From Monodelphis domestica (taxonomy: Eukaryota): DNA of 64,000 nucleotides. Positions 49,801 through 62,560 of this stretch are shown here, piece after piece. The notes under the pieces were generated by a model. It was not told the origin of the DNA, searched no databases, and was given only the letters and a program-made list of their open reading frames with translations. Location: positions 173,162,324 through 173,226,323 of the forward strand of contig NC_077227.1 in assembly GCF_027887165.1 (NCBI RefSeq). Direction: 5' to 3'. Within the stretch, counting starts at the first letter, position 1; every line of letters starts with the position of its first letter. The position numbers and the translations under genes are program-made.

Positions 49801-51124
49801 CATCTTTGATGCTGTTAATTTGCTTTTCTTCCTTCCTTTTTTTAATTATACTGACCAGTACTTTTGTCTATTTTGTTTGTTTTTTCAAAGTACCAGCTTC
49901 TTGTCTTATTTATTAAATCAATAGTGCTATCACTTTCTATTTTATTAATTTCTCCCTTCATTTTTAGGATTTCTAGTTTGGTTTTCTGCTGGGAGTTTTT
50001 AATTTGATCGCTTTTGAGTTTTTTTATTTGCATTTCCAATTGATTGATCTCTGCTCTCCCTAGTTTGTTAATATATGCACTCAGGGATATGAATTTACCT
50101 CTGATTACCACTTTGGCTGCATCCCAAAAGGTTTGAAAGGATGCCTCGTCATTGTCATTTTCCTCGATGAAATTATTGTTTCTATGATTTCTTCTCTAAC
50201 TAAACGATTTTGGAATATCATATTGTTTAATTTCCAATTAGTTTTTGATTTGGTTTTCCATGTACCATTACTGATCATTATTTTTATTGCCTTGTGATCT
50301 GAGAAGGCTGCATTTATTATTTCTGCTTTTCTGCATTTGTGTGCTATGTTTCTGTGACCTAATGTATGGTCAATCTTTGTGAATGTGCCATGTGGTGCTG
50401 AGAAGGTGTATTCCTTTTTATCCCTATTTATTTTTCTCCATATGTCTATTAATTCTAATTTTTCTAAGATTTCATTCACTTCTTTTACCTCTTTCTTATT
50501 TATTTTTTGATTTGATTTATCTAAATTTGATAATGGTTGGTTCCAGTCTCCCACTAGTATGGTTTTACTGTCTATTTCTTCCTTCAATTCTCCTAGTTTC
50601 TCCATTAGAAATTTGGGTGCTATATTATTTGGTGCATACATGTTGATTAGTGATATTTCCTCATTATCTAAAGTCCCTTTTAACAAAATATAATTACCTT
50701 CCCTATCCCTTTTGATCAGGTCTATTTTTGCTTTGGCTTTATCAGATATCATGATTACCACTCCTGCCTTCTTTCTGTTAGTTGAGGCTCAGAAGGTCTT
50801 ACTCCATCCTTTAATTCTGACCTTGTGGGTGTCAACCCGCCTCATGTGTGTTTCTTGAAGACAACATATGGTAGGGTTTTGGATTCTAATCCATTCTGCT
50901 ATTCGTCTGCGTTTTATGGGTGAGTTCATCCCATTCACATTCAAAGTTATGACTGTCACTTGTGGACTCCCTGGCATTTTGATATCCTTCCCTAATTCTA
51001 ACCTTTCTTCTTCAGCTCTACCTTTTAGTCCAGTGATTTACTTTAAATCAGTCCCCCTTGTCCCTTCCCTTGATATGTTTCCCTTTCTAGTCCCTCCCTT
51101 TTTGTTCCCTCCCTCTCCCCCCTC
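46833..51124 (-). mobile_element. 5'-truncated L1 on the minus strand (3'UTR, ORF2 with several frameshifts, and an inter-ORF remnant), flanked by a target-site duplication.
   Basis: The reverse-complemented L1 3'UTR with poly-T begins at 46826. ORF2 pieces lie in reverse orientation. The target-site duplication gagtacaattcattttt sits at 46816-46832 and 51125-51141. Confidence 0.9.
47176..50977 (-). pseudogene. Degenerate L1 ORF2 broken into at least 7 ORF pieces by frameshifts and stop codons.
   Basis: Minus-strand ORFs at 50789-50977 (endonuclease start [22 protein letters not shown]), 50105-50761, 49842-50111, 48893-49702 (reverse transcriptase), 48311-48877, 47838-48110 and 47176-47775 (C-terminus). 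Confidence 0.85.
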
Positions 51125-51265
51125 GAGTACAATTCATTTTTATTCTTTGTAACCTACAAATGATTCTCAACTCAAAATCAGGGCCCTTATTTATAGATAA
51201 GGAAAGTAAAGCCCAGAGAGGTAAAATAACTTTTGCCATGTTGCATGAGAAGTAATTGCCAGAAT

Positions 51266-51455
51266 GGGGCAGCTGGGTAACTCAGTGGATTGAGAGTCAG
51301 GCCTAGAGACAGGAGATCCTAGGTTCAAATCTGGCCTCAGACACTTTCCAACTGTGTGACCCTGGGCAAGTCACTTAACCCCCATTGCCTAGCCTTTACT
51401 GTTCTTCTGCCCATATTGGTTCCAAGATGGTAGGTAAGGGTTTAAAAAAAAAAAG
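51266..51455 (+). mobile_element. Marsupial tRNA-derived SINE, inserted immediately next to the 5' edge of the minus-strand L1.
   Basis: ggggcagctgggtaactcagtggattgagagtcaggcctagagacaggagatcctaggttcaaatctggcc...aagggtttaaaaaaaaaaa. Confidence 0.9.
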
Positions 51456-52531
51456 TAAATGACAGAGGTGGGATTTGAACCCACTATCTCTAAATCCACT
51501 ACACCATGCCGGTATTGCTCCTATGCTAAAAATTCTTAAGTGGCTCCTTATTGCCTCTATGATAAAATGAAAATTTTTCATTCTGGAATTTAAAGGTCTC
51601 TATAATCTGGTTCCAATCTATTTTTCCTGATGTTTCCATTATAGTCCCCTTAATGTACTCTATAGTTCAGTCAAACTTGGCATTCTATTTTTCTTCCCTT
51701 TGCATAAACTTTTCTCTTTCCTTTCTCACCCATCTTTCCTGGAATGCCTTCTACCCTCTCATCCCTTCACTTTTAGAGTCCTTTTCCTTCTAAACTAAGC
51801 TCAGCTGCCATCTTTTATGAGAAACCTGACCTATTCCCCCAAATTGTCAGTGCTCTCGCCCTAAGATGATATCAAATTACCATGGATGGACAAAGGAAGA
51901 AAATGGAGATGGCTACACTGGGGAGGAATATGTATGTAATATTTTATTACAAATATATTATTATATAATATTAACAAGATTATATTATACATAAGGGTGA
52001 AGTAGAGTAAATAGGAGATGATAATTATTGGGAGATTATTGGAAGAGGTAGAACTAGTAGGGATGGAGGTTTGGGAGAGAAGAGGAGGAAGGGAGCTGAT
52101 AATGCTTTTTCTCCACTAACTGGAATACACTAAGGATGGGTAAAGTAAATCACAAAATCATAACAATTATTTCCACTGCAAATTCATGCTATTAAAGCTC
52201 ACAAAGTCTTCACTGTTACTCTGAAATCCTTCCTATTATTATTAATATGCTAGAATATAACTTGTATAGGGAAATGTTTTATATTTTTGGGAAAACCTTA
52301 CTAATAATGTTTGAACTTACCTTGACATGAAATTGACTGACCTGAGAGACATTTCCAGGGAAAAAAACAGATGGCTACAGGGAATGCTTGGATCCACCTA
52401 GGTCTGCTTGTTTTTTGGGTTCCCAAAATTCAAATATTTATATCTCTGTCAGTTGCTACATGCAACTTGTGTGTTGGTACCCTCCTCTAAAACCATATAT
52501 AATATAAACCCATAAAGACTGAGGTGGAAGC

Positions 52532-52622
52532 CTTTTTCTTTCTTTCTTTCCTTCCTTCCTTCCTTCCTTCCTTCCTTCCTTCCTTCCTTCCTTCCTTCCT
52601 TCCTTCCTTCCTTCCTTCCTTC
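52532..52622. repeat. (TTCC)n microsatellite.
   Basis: ctttctttctttccttccttccttcc... with more than 20 units. Confidence 0.95.
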
Positions 52623-52808
52623 CACTATCTTCTGTCTTGGAACCAATGCCGCGTATTGGTTCCAAGGCAGAAGAACAGTAAGGGCTAGGCAATGGGGCTT
52701 AAGTGACTTGCCCAGGGTCACACAGCTGGAAGGTGTCTGATGTCAGATTTGAATCTAGGACCTCCTGTCTCTAGGTCTGGCTGTCAATCAACCCAGCTAC
52801 TCAGCTGC
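52623..52808 (-). mobile_element. Marsupial tRNA-derived SINE whose tail has expanded into a (TTCC)n microsatellite.
   Basis: Reverse-complemented SINE body. The (TTCC)n run at 52532-52622 abuts its poly-A end. Confidence 0.85.
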
Positions 52809-53344
52809 CCTCACCTAATTTCTTTTTAAAAAGATTTCAGACTTTAGAGCTCATTCTTACAGCCAACACTAGCATTTATAAAACCCTTTAATGTTTGCAA
52901 TGCACTTTACAAGTGTTACCTCATTCTATCCTCACAATATTTTTTGGTAGATACAGTTATTCTCATTTTGCAGATAAGGAAACTGAGGCAAGACAAGGGT
53001 TAAGTGACTTGCCCAGCATCACACAGCTAATAAGTGTCTGAAGGAAGATTTAAACTGAAGTCTTCCTAACAGGAACAATATTCTACCCTTTCCCCACAAT
53101 GACTATATTTCAAGCTTTTTCTACTTTCCTTCAAGGTACCAGCTTAATTTAAAGCAGAGAGAGAGACACAGAGGAAAGGTAAAGGGATAGGGCAAAATCT
53201 ACTATGCTTTGGCTAAAGCTAAAATGTAAGGGTAGCAATCATGATCTCAGACAAAGTAAACATGAAAATTAGCCTAATTTGATAAGGAAGGAAATTGCAC
53301 ATTGATAAAAGGAACCACAAACAATAAAATAATATCTATATAAT

Positions 53345-53530
53345 AAAACCCTTATTTTCCATCTTAGAATGAACACTGTATATTGGTTCCAAGACAAAAG
53401 AATGGTATGGGCAAGGCAAGGATTAAGTCCAGGGCCACCTAGCTAGAAAGTGTCTGAGGCTAGATTTAAACCCAGGACCTTCCATCTCTATGCTTGGCTT
53501 TCAATTCATTGAACCACCTAGCTTCTCCCT
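53345..53530 (-). mobile_element. Marsupial tRNA-derived SINE, diverged.
   Basis: aaacccttattttccatcttagaatgaacactgtatattggttccaagac...ttcaattcattgaaccacctagcttctccc. Confidence 0.8.
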
Positions 53531-53744
53531 ATGTGATATCAATATTAAACCTATATATACCAAATGGCAGAACATCCAAATTTTTAAAGGAAAAATTAAA
53601 TGAATTGTAAGAGGAAATAAACAATAAAATGTTAGTAGAGGATATTAACCTTCCCTTCTCAGAATTAAATAAATCAAACCAAAAAATAACAAGAGAAATT
53701 GACGTAACAATTTTATTTTTTTTCCTCAACTACATGTGTGGAAA

Positions 53745-55060
53745 GGAAACAAGACTGACAGTTTGTGGGGGAAGGGCCCAACTGGGAGTGGCAGTGGGGT
53801 CTGGTGACTAGCACTTCCTTCCTGCCGGGTGGGACTTGCTTCCTGGTGTTGGAGGAGAGAGGAGCTTGTTTAGCCCAGTCTGGAGTGGCATGCTCTTCTT
53901 GGTTCAGCCCGAAGACACAGGCTTCTGAAGGTTAGAATTGTTCTTGGTTGCTTTCTGTCTACTGATAAGATTCTGAATTAGAACAACGAGAGTAGACAGG
54001 AGTGGGACAAACCCTCCGCCAGCCTCTTGTAAATCTTGAAATTTCTCAGACTTGTGAATGTTAAAAATTTCAACATTGAGGAATCCTCCATTGGAACAAA
54101 TTCCCTACTGGGAAACATTCTCCATTTTGATGTGAGAACTCACCAGGATCAGAAATGGGAGGATCTCTACTCCACCCGTACTTAAGACTGCTTTAGGGGA
54201 GAAAACTCCTTGCTAAACAATGAAAGTACTTGGATCCATGCTTATAATAAGGCAAGGAGTTCTTTGAGCCATGCCTGTTTTTTAGAATTGATACAATGAG
54301 CTGCTAGGTACCTAAAAGGGTCGGGGAAGTTTTCCCTTAATGAGATTAGTTGACTCAGCTGTGTTTTCACTGGTTCAGACATACTGAGGAGATTAGTCGA
54401 CACAGCAGCATTTTTTCTGGTTCAGACTTACTGAGGAGATTAGTCGACTTAGCAGGAATTCAGATGGGCAGTCCTTTGGAAAACGTCTACAGTGACTGAT
54501 AGATGTAAGGACTTAGGGGAGGTGACATAGGAGAAAAACCCCTATATAAGAAAAAGCAGAATCTCTTGAGAAAAAAAGATCCTTTTGGAGGATCTCTGAT
54601 GAGGATCGCTTGGGAAGAATCTCTTGAGAGAGGCTCTGGAGAAGGGAAGCTCTTGGAGGACAATCTCTAAGGAGGTCTCGCTGGAGCTCCTCTGAGGGGA
54701 CTCTGTCCCTCTGGAGGCTCTGGAGAGAGGCCCTTTGGAACAGTCTCTGGCTGGAAGGCTCTTTAAGGAGGACTCTGGCTGGAACTCTCTCTGGTGAAGT
54801 CAGCTGAGATGGAGCTGGCCTGGTGTCACTAGAATCCTTGCTTAGACAGACCTTGTGGTGAGTGATAAAAGGCTGACTGACTGATCTCTCTCTCTTAAGA
54901 CTCAGGTCGAGGCCATGTTGGCGTAAGGCCCTTCATACTTATTTCCTTTTTCTCTCTTTCTCTCTTTTCTTTAATTCCACATTTGTATTAAATAAAATCT
55001 CTATAAAACCCAGTTGACTTGAGTATTTGAATAATTGGGAATATTTCCCTGGTGACCACC
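53745..55060 (+). mobile_element. LTR-like repeat, possibly a solo LTR of an endogenous retrovirus: a U3-like region with tandem 47-bp repeats, a TATA box and an AATAAA signal.
   Basis: TATA box ctatataagaaaaag at 54543-54557. Polyadenylation signal AATAAA at 54992-54997. About 2.6 tandem copies of a 47-bp unit at 54343-54464. The 3' half is homologous to 57004-57690. Confidence 0.4.
54343..54464 (+). repeat. About 2.6 tandem copies of a 47-bp unit inside the LTR-like element.
   Basis: The unit is gagattagt(t/c)gac.cagc....ttt.ctggttcagac.tactgag. Confidence 0.8.
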
Positions 55061-55859
55061 TTATATTTGATTTAAAAACCAAGACACTGTAGTGAAACAT
55101 ATTTTCTGCGGTCAAATTTACTCACCCTCTCTTATATCTATCACAATTTGTATCTTCCACCATTTTAACTCACTACAGTTTACAACATCACTCTTTTAAC
55201 TGTTACAGTTTAAGGCCTTCAACCATTTTAAATCTAACACTCTAGGGCCTGGCCCTATACTCTGAAGCTAAGGAAAAACTCCAATTCCAACTGGATTATT
55301 AAACTTTATATTATTTGAATTTGCAGTCAGATAAGTGGACTATCTTTTCTGGTCCTAGAGGGAGCTGAACTTCAGTTCAGTCATCAAGGCAATAAAAGAC
55401 CTTATCGGACCCCTACTGTTTCCTCTCAGCAGGGGGCATCTCCCTCCTTTGCATTACCAAGCTATATACCCTCTCTTCCCTTAACTCCTCCTTACCCCTA
55501 TACAAACCTCCCATTATTCCCCACTTATCCCCATTTTTCCCAATCCTATTTCCTTTCCCAATAAATATTACACATGTAAAAACAGTTTCCAACATTTTTC
55601 AAAGAACACTGAGTCTTAAATTCTCTCCCTCCTTCCCTACCCTTCTACCCTTAACCCTTTTTGAGATGGTAAACAATTTCATAGAGATTTAAATACACAA
55701 TTATGTAAAACATTTTTTCCATATTAATCCTTTGCGGAAGGAAACTTGAACAGAAAAATGAGTGTGGAAAAAAAAGTTTGCTTTGATCTAGATTTAGACT
55801 TTATTGGTTCTATTTTACCTATTAGGAGTTATCTTGCCTATATTACCTATTTTGAGTAT

Positions 55860-57003
55860 TATTGGCCTACTTATATATCAATAAATCTGACAATCTAAGT
55901 GAAATAGATAGGTATTTAAAGAAATATAAATTACCCAGCTTAATAGAAAAGGAAATAGAAAAACAATGTCATCTCAGAAAAAGAAGTTGAACAAGTCATC
56001 AATGAATTCTCTAAGAAAAAAGTTCCAGGGCCAGATTGATTCACAAGTGAATTCTACCAAACATTTAAAGAACAATTAATTCCAATTCTATATAAATTAT
56101 TTGGAAAAACAGCTGAGGAAGAAATTCTACCAAATTCCTCTTATGACACAAATATGCTATTGATAACTAAGTCAGGAAGAACAAAAATAGAGAAAGAAAA
56201 CTACAAACCAATATTCCTAATGAATATTGATACAAAAATCTTAAGCAAAATACTAGCAAGGAAATTACAATAATATGTCACAAAGATCATATCCTATGAC
56301 CAAATGGATTTTATATCAGGAATGCAGAAAATGGTTCAATATTAGAAAAACTATAAGGGTAACTAACCATATCAATAACAAAACCAACAGAAACCATAAG
56401 ATTTATTTCAATAAATGCAGGAAAAACTTTTGACAAAATACAATATCAATTCCTATTAAAAACACTAAAGAATATTGGAATAAGTGGAACAATCCTCAAA
56501 ATGATAAATAACACCTATATAAAACCATCAGCAAACATCATCTATAATGGGAATAAGCTAGAAACCTTACCAATAATGCTCAACATCACTACTATTCAAT
56601 ACTGTACTAGAAATGCTATCTATAGCAATGAGAGAAGAAGAAATTGAAGGAATTAGACTAGGCAATGAGGAATAAAGTCAATCTTTTTGCAGATGATGTG
56701 ATAGTATACCTAGAGAATCAACCAAAAAACTAATTAAAACAATTAACAACTTGAACAAAGTCACAGGACATCAAATAAATCTGTATAGATTATCAGCATT
56801 TCTCTATACTACCAATAAAGCCCAACAGCAAGAAAGAGAAATCTCAATTAAAATAACTGTAGAAAATATAAACTGCCTGCCAAGACAAACCAAAGAATTA
56901 TATGACCACAACTACAACAAATGAAGTCAGATCTAAACAAGAGGAAAAACATTACTTATTCATGGATAGGCCAGGCCAACATAAAAAAAATGACAATTCT
57001 ACT
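55860..57003 (+). mobile_element. Old decayed L1 ORF2 (reverse-transcriptase region) fragment, interrupted at 57004 by an LTR-like insertion.
   Basis: Sense-strand remnants of reverse-transcriptase motifs ([28 protein letters not shown]..., KTFDKIQYQFLLKTL, FADDVIVYLEN). Confidence 0.7.
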
Positions 57004-57690
57004 GTGAAAATATGGAGATTTACCCATTTTTGGATTTAATCAAAAAAGGTACAAACACCCATTTCACACACTGAGTGGGAGGTTTGTGACCCACATGTGA
57101 AAGAGTGGGTGACAATCAGAAGCAAACTGACTGTCCTAGAGCAGAGCCTCTGACTGTGATTGGTAGACGTAAAGATTAAGGGAAGTGATACAAGAAAAAA
57201 AGGTCTTTAAAAGAGAGACCAAGGATCTGAAGTCAGTCCTTCAAGGAATTCTTCTGGAAGTTCAACTTGAACTTCCACTTCTGCTGGAGTTCTACTAGCA
57301 GTTCTACTGTAGTGAAGAATAATTCTTCATTCAGAAGAGTGCTGACTGGATCTCTTTTTCCTGGTGATCCTGTTCCTTTGAACTGACACGTGGTGAGTGT
57401 AAAGGCTGACTCACTTTCCCTTGGACTTTCTGGAGGTACCAACCTCTGGAGAGGCCCATCATCTTGAGATTCTTTTCCTTGGCTGGGGCCTCTGAACTCC
57501 TGCCTGGCTCAGAATAGGCTGAAGCAACTTTCTCTTTTTCCTTCTCTTTCTCTCTTCCTTAATATCTTCCCTCTTTATTGTAAAATAAACTACCATAAAT
57601 TCCATTCTGACTTTAGTAATTCATTTGGGATTTAGTAATTAAATCCCTGGCAACCAACTAAAATATTATTCAGTCCAAACATAAATTTAA
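57004..57690 (+). mobile_element. Shorter repeat related to 53745-55060 (LTR-like), inserted into an old L1.
   Basis: It shares ...tggtgagtg.aaaggctgactcac..., a CT-rich ctctttctctc tract, aaataaa and the terminal ccctggcaaccaac with the 3' half of the 53745-55060 element. It splits the L1 ORF2 remnant. Confidence 0.4.
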
Positions 57691-57699
57691 CACTAACTA

Positions 57700-57900
57700 A
57701 ATTCATTTACTTATTCAGTGCCATACCAAACTATCCAAAAATTATTACATAGAGCTAGAAAAAATCAAGATTATTAATGAAGGAAAGTGTCTTAGCTGTA
57801 CTGGACCTCAAACTAGATCATAAAGTGACAACCATAAAAACAATCTAGTACTGGCTAAAATGGACCAATGGAATATATTAGGCACTCAACACACAATGGT
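57700..57900 (+). mobile_element. Continuation of the old L1 ORF2 after the LTR-like insertion.
   Basis: The translation LFSAIPKLSKNYYIELEKIKIINEG resembles L1 ORF2 ([22 protein letters not shown]). Confidence 0.45.
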
Positions 57901-58544
57901 AAATGACTATAGTAACCTGATTTCAGACCTGGTGCACTATCTACTATACCACCTAAATCTTACACAACATCTATTCTCCTCATCTTAGCTTAAGACCACA
58001 GCACAATCCTTAGCCATTATACCTTCTTCATTATTACTGTATAAGTTAAAACTGTGAAAAGAGGAAACCCAGGTCATGGCAATTCCATCTTGTACATCAA
58101 ACATTTCGATATTCCCATTCCTATCCCAACTGGGTATGAAAGTTTCAAAGGGCTTTTACAAAATTGCCTGTGGCTATTACTGGACACCCCACCCCACCCC
58201 CAGCTTGTTGGTATTTTCAAATAGCCAGCAGTTGTGTTGATGAAGGATGACTTGGAGAGGGTACTAGACTTCTTTTAATACTTTCAGGATAACCAGTCTT
58301 CTCATGGATAGCATCCACAACTGAGGGCTAACTCATCATTCTGGTGGGTTTTAGCCTGTAATGACAATGGTGAGGAGGACAAGGTAGAAACCACTTGATT
58401 TGATCTTCTCTAACCAAAATACTTTTTCCTATATCAGAAGCTACCTGAACTATGTAATGAACTGGAAACCCAATGTTCCAGGGCCTCTGGGGATGACTGA
58501 ATCTGGTGGCTCTGGGGACAAGTTTGAAAAATTAAGGTCCAAGT

Positions 58545-58740
58545 AGAATAGATAGGGCAATGGACCTGGGATCAAGAAGACCCCATGTTTAAATCCCACT
58601 TAGACACTTACTAATTGTATGACTGTGAGAAAATCATAACATCTCTGCCTGTTTTCCTCATCCATAAAATAAGGAGATTGGAGTTACTGGTCTAAGTTCC
58701 CTTCCAACTCTAACTGTACAATCTTATGATTCTTTGGTTT
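58545..58740 (+). mobile_element. MIR-like SINE.
   Basis: gggcaatggacctgggatcaagaagaccccatgtttaaatcccacttagacacttactaattgtatgactgtgag...ttttcctcatccataaaataaggagattggag. Confidence 0.7.
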
Positions 58741-59094
58741 CTCAGTCACAAGGGGGCAAGGGAAAAGGCTGTCAAGTTGAAACAGGCAGGGCTTTGCACC
58801 TTTATAGTTAGGTCTATGCAGAAAACATGATTGAGACTTCTCTCTCTAAGTATATACTACCTCCCAAAGAAAAAGTATAGAAGAAAACAGGAAACCAGTA
58901 GAAAGAGTTAGGGAACTGCAGGCATAGTGCTGGGGACCAGAAAATATCATCAAGTTAGGTCTTCCCCAAAGTAGCTATAAGGCCATGTCAATTTTATGTT
59001 CCTAGGCCTAGGTGTACTTGGCACCTCCATAAAACAGGACTGGCAGTGACCCCAGAGAAATTTAGAAATGAAGTCTATTCTATCAAGAGATGGA

Positions 59095-60340
59095 ACTTTT
59101 TGCAAATTAAAAGAACTCTGAGGTACCATCTCACACTTAGCAGACTGGACAGTATGACAGTAAAGGAAAATAATAAATGTTGGAGGAGTTGTGGCAAAAT
59201 CAGGACAATAATGCATTGCTGGTAGAGTTGTGAATTAATTCAGCCATTCTGGAAGGCAATTTGGAATTATGTCCAAAGGGCTTTAAAAGAATGCATACCC
59301 TTTGATCCAGCAATATATTTTTATATCCCAAAGAGATAGTAATGAAAAATGTTTGTACAAAAATATTCATAGCCATGCTCTTTGTGTTGGCAAAAAATTG
59401 GAAAATAAAGAGGTGTACCTTGATTGGGGAATGGTTAAACAAATTATGGTATATGATGGTGATGGAATACTAATTGTGCTATAAGGAATGATGAACTGCT
59501 TGATTGCTATATGAACTGGAAAGACCTCCATGATCTGATGTGGAATGAAATGAAAAGAACCAGGAGAACATTGTGTATAGCATACCAGGCATATTAGCAT
59601 CTTGGAAGTATGATTGATATAGTAATATTGTATCTGATATGTTCATATACCAGACTCATGGTCATGTTACTTATTGATTATTGCATTTCTAAATCTTCAG
59701 TCCAAAGGACAAGCGAATTCCTGAGCAGGACATTATTTGCCACAGAGTCCTAGCTCACACCTTGGTAGACCACATTCCTTTCCAAGTCACATGTTGGACT
59801 AGTCCCTTCCTCTTTGACTTCCGTGATTGTCAATTCAAACAATGTTAATACCACATTCCTAAACTCTCCAATAACAGTTTGGGGACACCTGCAAGTCTTC
59901 CTCTTGCTCCTCTTGTGCTTCTTCCTCTTGCTCCTCTTGCCTCCCTTGCTCCTCTGGCTCTTTTGCATTCTTACTCCTTGCTTCTCTTGCTTTTGCTCTT
60001 GAAAAGCATCACCGGAGCTTGCTACACCCCTAGTGATTTAACTTCTTGTCTCTGAGTCTTTATTCCTGCGTTTCTCCCTCTATCTCTATTACCTCTTCAT
60101 CCATTTTCCTCCAGTCTCCATTCTCCTTCTCAGGTTACCACCCACAAGTAAATTGTATAGGAACTGCAGGCAGCTCCTACATTGTGGAATGATCAAATAT
60201 AATTGATTTTGTTACTAATAGCAATGCAATGATCCAGGACAACCCTGAGGGACTTATGAGAAAGAATGCAATTCAAATTGAGAGAAAGAACTGTGGGAGT
60301 AGAAACACAGAAGAAAAGCATCTGATTTATCACTTGTTTA
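59095..60340 (+). mobile_element. Old L1 3' fragment (ORF2 C-terminus and 3'UTR), interrupted around 59590-60150 by unrelated sequence.
   Basis: [67 protein letters not shown], then the L1 tail ...ctgcaggcagctcctacattgtggaatgatc...aatgcaatgatccaggacaaccctgagggac. Confidence 0.6.
59896..60000 (+). repeat. Degenerate (CTCCTCTTG)n-like CT-rich tandem repeat.
   Basis: cttcctcttgctcctcttgtgcttcttcctcttgctcctcttgcctcccttgctcctctggctc. Confidence 0.7.
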
Positions 60341-62334
60341 TATGGGCATATGATTTGGGGTTTTGGTTTTAAAAGATTACTCTATTACAAAAATGAATAT
60401 GGAAATAGGTATCAAGTGATAATGTAAAAGGGAATTCTTTGTTCTCTTTGAGTTTACACTTGTGAAAGGGAATCCTTTATTCACTTTGCCTAGTTGGAGC
60501 TAACACTTTGGTTAACAATAAATTTCTGACTCAAGGTATAATAAATATTGGCAATCACATAATTTCATAAAATTATCATCCAGCCATTAAATTTAACCCT
60601 TACAATAACACATGTATAAACCCAGTGGAATTGCTTGTCAGCTCCAGGAGGTGGGGAGGAAAGAGGGGAGGGAAAGAAAATTAGTCATGTAATAATGGAA
60701 AAAAATTTTTATAATTTTTTAAATAATTTTTTAAAAGAGATGGAATTTTTTCCAAGGGATATATTGTCTTTTTTATGATTCCTTATCAGTTCCATTTTTC
60801 TTCCCCCTTTATTCTTTCACATAGCATTCCAGTAATGTTTTCTAGACTTGGTTGGAAAGTGAAATTATCTTTTCTGTCAATGATGGGACAATTTTCTTAG
60901 AAAAAATACTGGGTCACTGGGTGAGTTTGGCATGGCAGAGAAGAGAAATTCAGTTTCCCTTCTTCCTGAAAAATCTTTAGAAAGTTATCATCTTCAGAAA
61001 GTCAATTCTCTCTTACTAGGAATTCCATCTGCTTATGGATTTTCCCCCTCCAGTCCTGTCTCTTCTAGTCAAAGTTCACTTCCCATTTTTGGTGCTCTGT
61101 TTTTTCATCAATAAAACGATGGCCTTGGATTAGATGACATAAAAGGTCCTTTCCAGCTCTAAATTTATGATACTGTAAGGATGGAGTCAAAATCACCCCA
61201 CCTCATTTTAAGTCTATACTTTAACAAGAAGAACATATGTTTTAATTATTCATAGACTTTAGACTGTGAGCATGGATAGATTTCAGGAGATTCATAAAGA
61301 ACCTGGGAAAGAATATTATATTAACCTCTAATATAATTGAGCATTTCTTTCAATTATTTGAAAATAGTATTTTAAGGCAGCTTCAAAGGGATCCTTAACA
61401 TATAGGTTATGAATCCTTTAGAGTAAGTGCTATAAAATACTTTTGAACTGATATGACAAGGACCAAGAATTATATCTGGATAGGCAGAAGAAACTTGGCC
61501 ATGTTTCAGGACTTGTCTATAAATTAACAGCTGAGGAGGAATCTAGGGGTGAAGTGGAATAAGAAAGGAGGGGAGGAAAGTCCTTGGATTCTGACTGGAG
61601 AATGATTCTGTGATCTTTGAAAGGTCCAAAGGTGTTGAAATTTCCCATCTTCTCACAGGTGTCTGAAAATCATCCCCTCCTTTATTCTTTCAGTGCAAAG
61701 GTAGCTCCCATTTTCCTTTTGATGGCTTAGTCACATTCCTGGATCAGATGGTGGCACTGTCTGCCTCAGGAGTCAAGGACTGGCTGGCTGAACAGTTCTA
61801 TGGGAACCCAGCAACGAGTGTACACGATAACTAAAAAAATATTCCACAAGTGGAAAAAAAAAGGACTTCCAGAATTCAGGAGCCATAAACTATCCCTTTG
61901 TCATCTCAGCTTTATTTCACTTTCCCTTGGACTCTATGTATTTGTGGAAAGAAAGTGTCATGGACTTTGGGATTTTGTACCAGCTACCTTTATTCTATCA
62001 TCTTAATAAATACTCCTCTCTAAAAACTACTTACTGGTGGCTGAATAAATTGACTGATAATCTGGGGATGGGGTACAACTTCAATCTTTTTTGTGTGTGG
62101 TAGGCCCTCTTTTGGAAGTCTGCAGATGACTTTGGACCCTCTTTTCAAAATTCAAAAATTACAAAGGAAACCAAATGTATTAAAATATAACTACCAAAAT
62201 ATTTTAAAAACAAATTCACAGACCCCATATTAAGAACTACTACTTTACAAGGAAACACCTTATTACCTCACTGGAGAAGAAAATGTCAAACCACACTAGT
62301 ATATTTGCCCAAAAAACTCCATAGACAGTATATG

Positions 62335-62560
62335 ATCAATCTTGTCACCGAAATTCAATTCCAATCTCAGACATACAGTGTGGCCTTGGGCAAGTCATTT
62401 AACCTCCACCTACCTGTTTCCTCAGTTGCAAAATAAGGACAATACCTACCCCCCTGGGTTGTTTGAGGATCCAATGAGATATTTGTAAAGTGCTTAGCAC
62501 GGTGCCTGGCACATGGTTCATAATGAATAAATATTTAATCACATCTAATATATAATCATA
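62335..62560 (+). mobile_element. MIR-like SINE with a diagnostic 3' tail.
   Basis: gtggccttgggcaagtcatttaacctcc...tttcctcagttgcaaaataaggacaatacc...tttgtaaagtgcttagcacggtgcctggcacatggttcataatgaataaatatttaatc. Confidence 0.7.

Noticed and set aside
52449-52721. ORFs with EGRKEGRKEG... repeats.
   Set aside because: They are translations of the (TTCC)n microsatellite.
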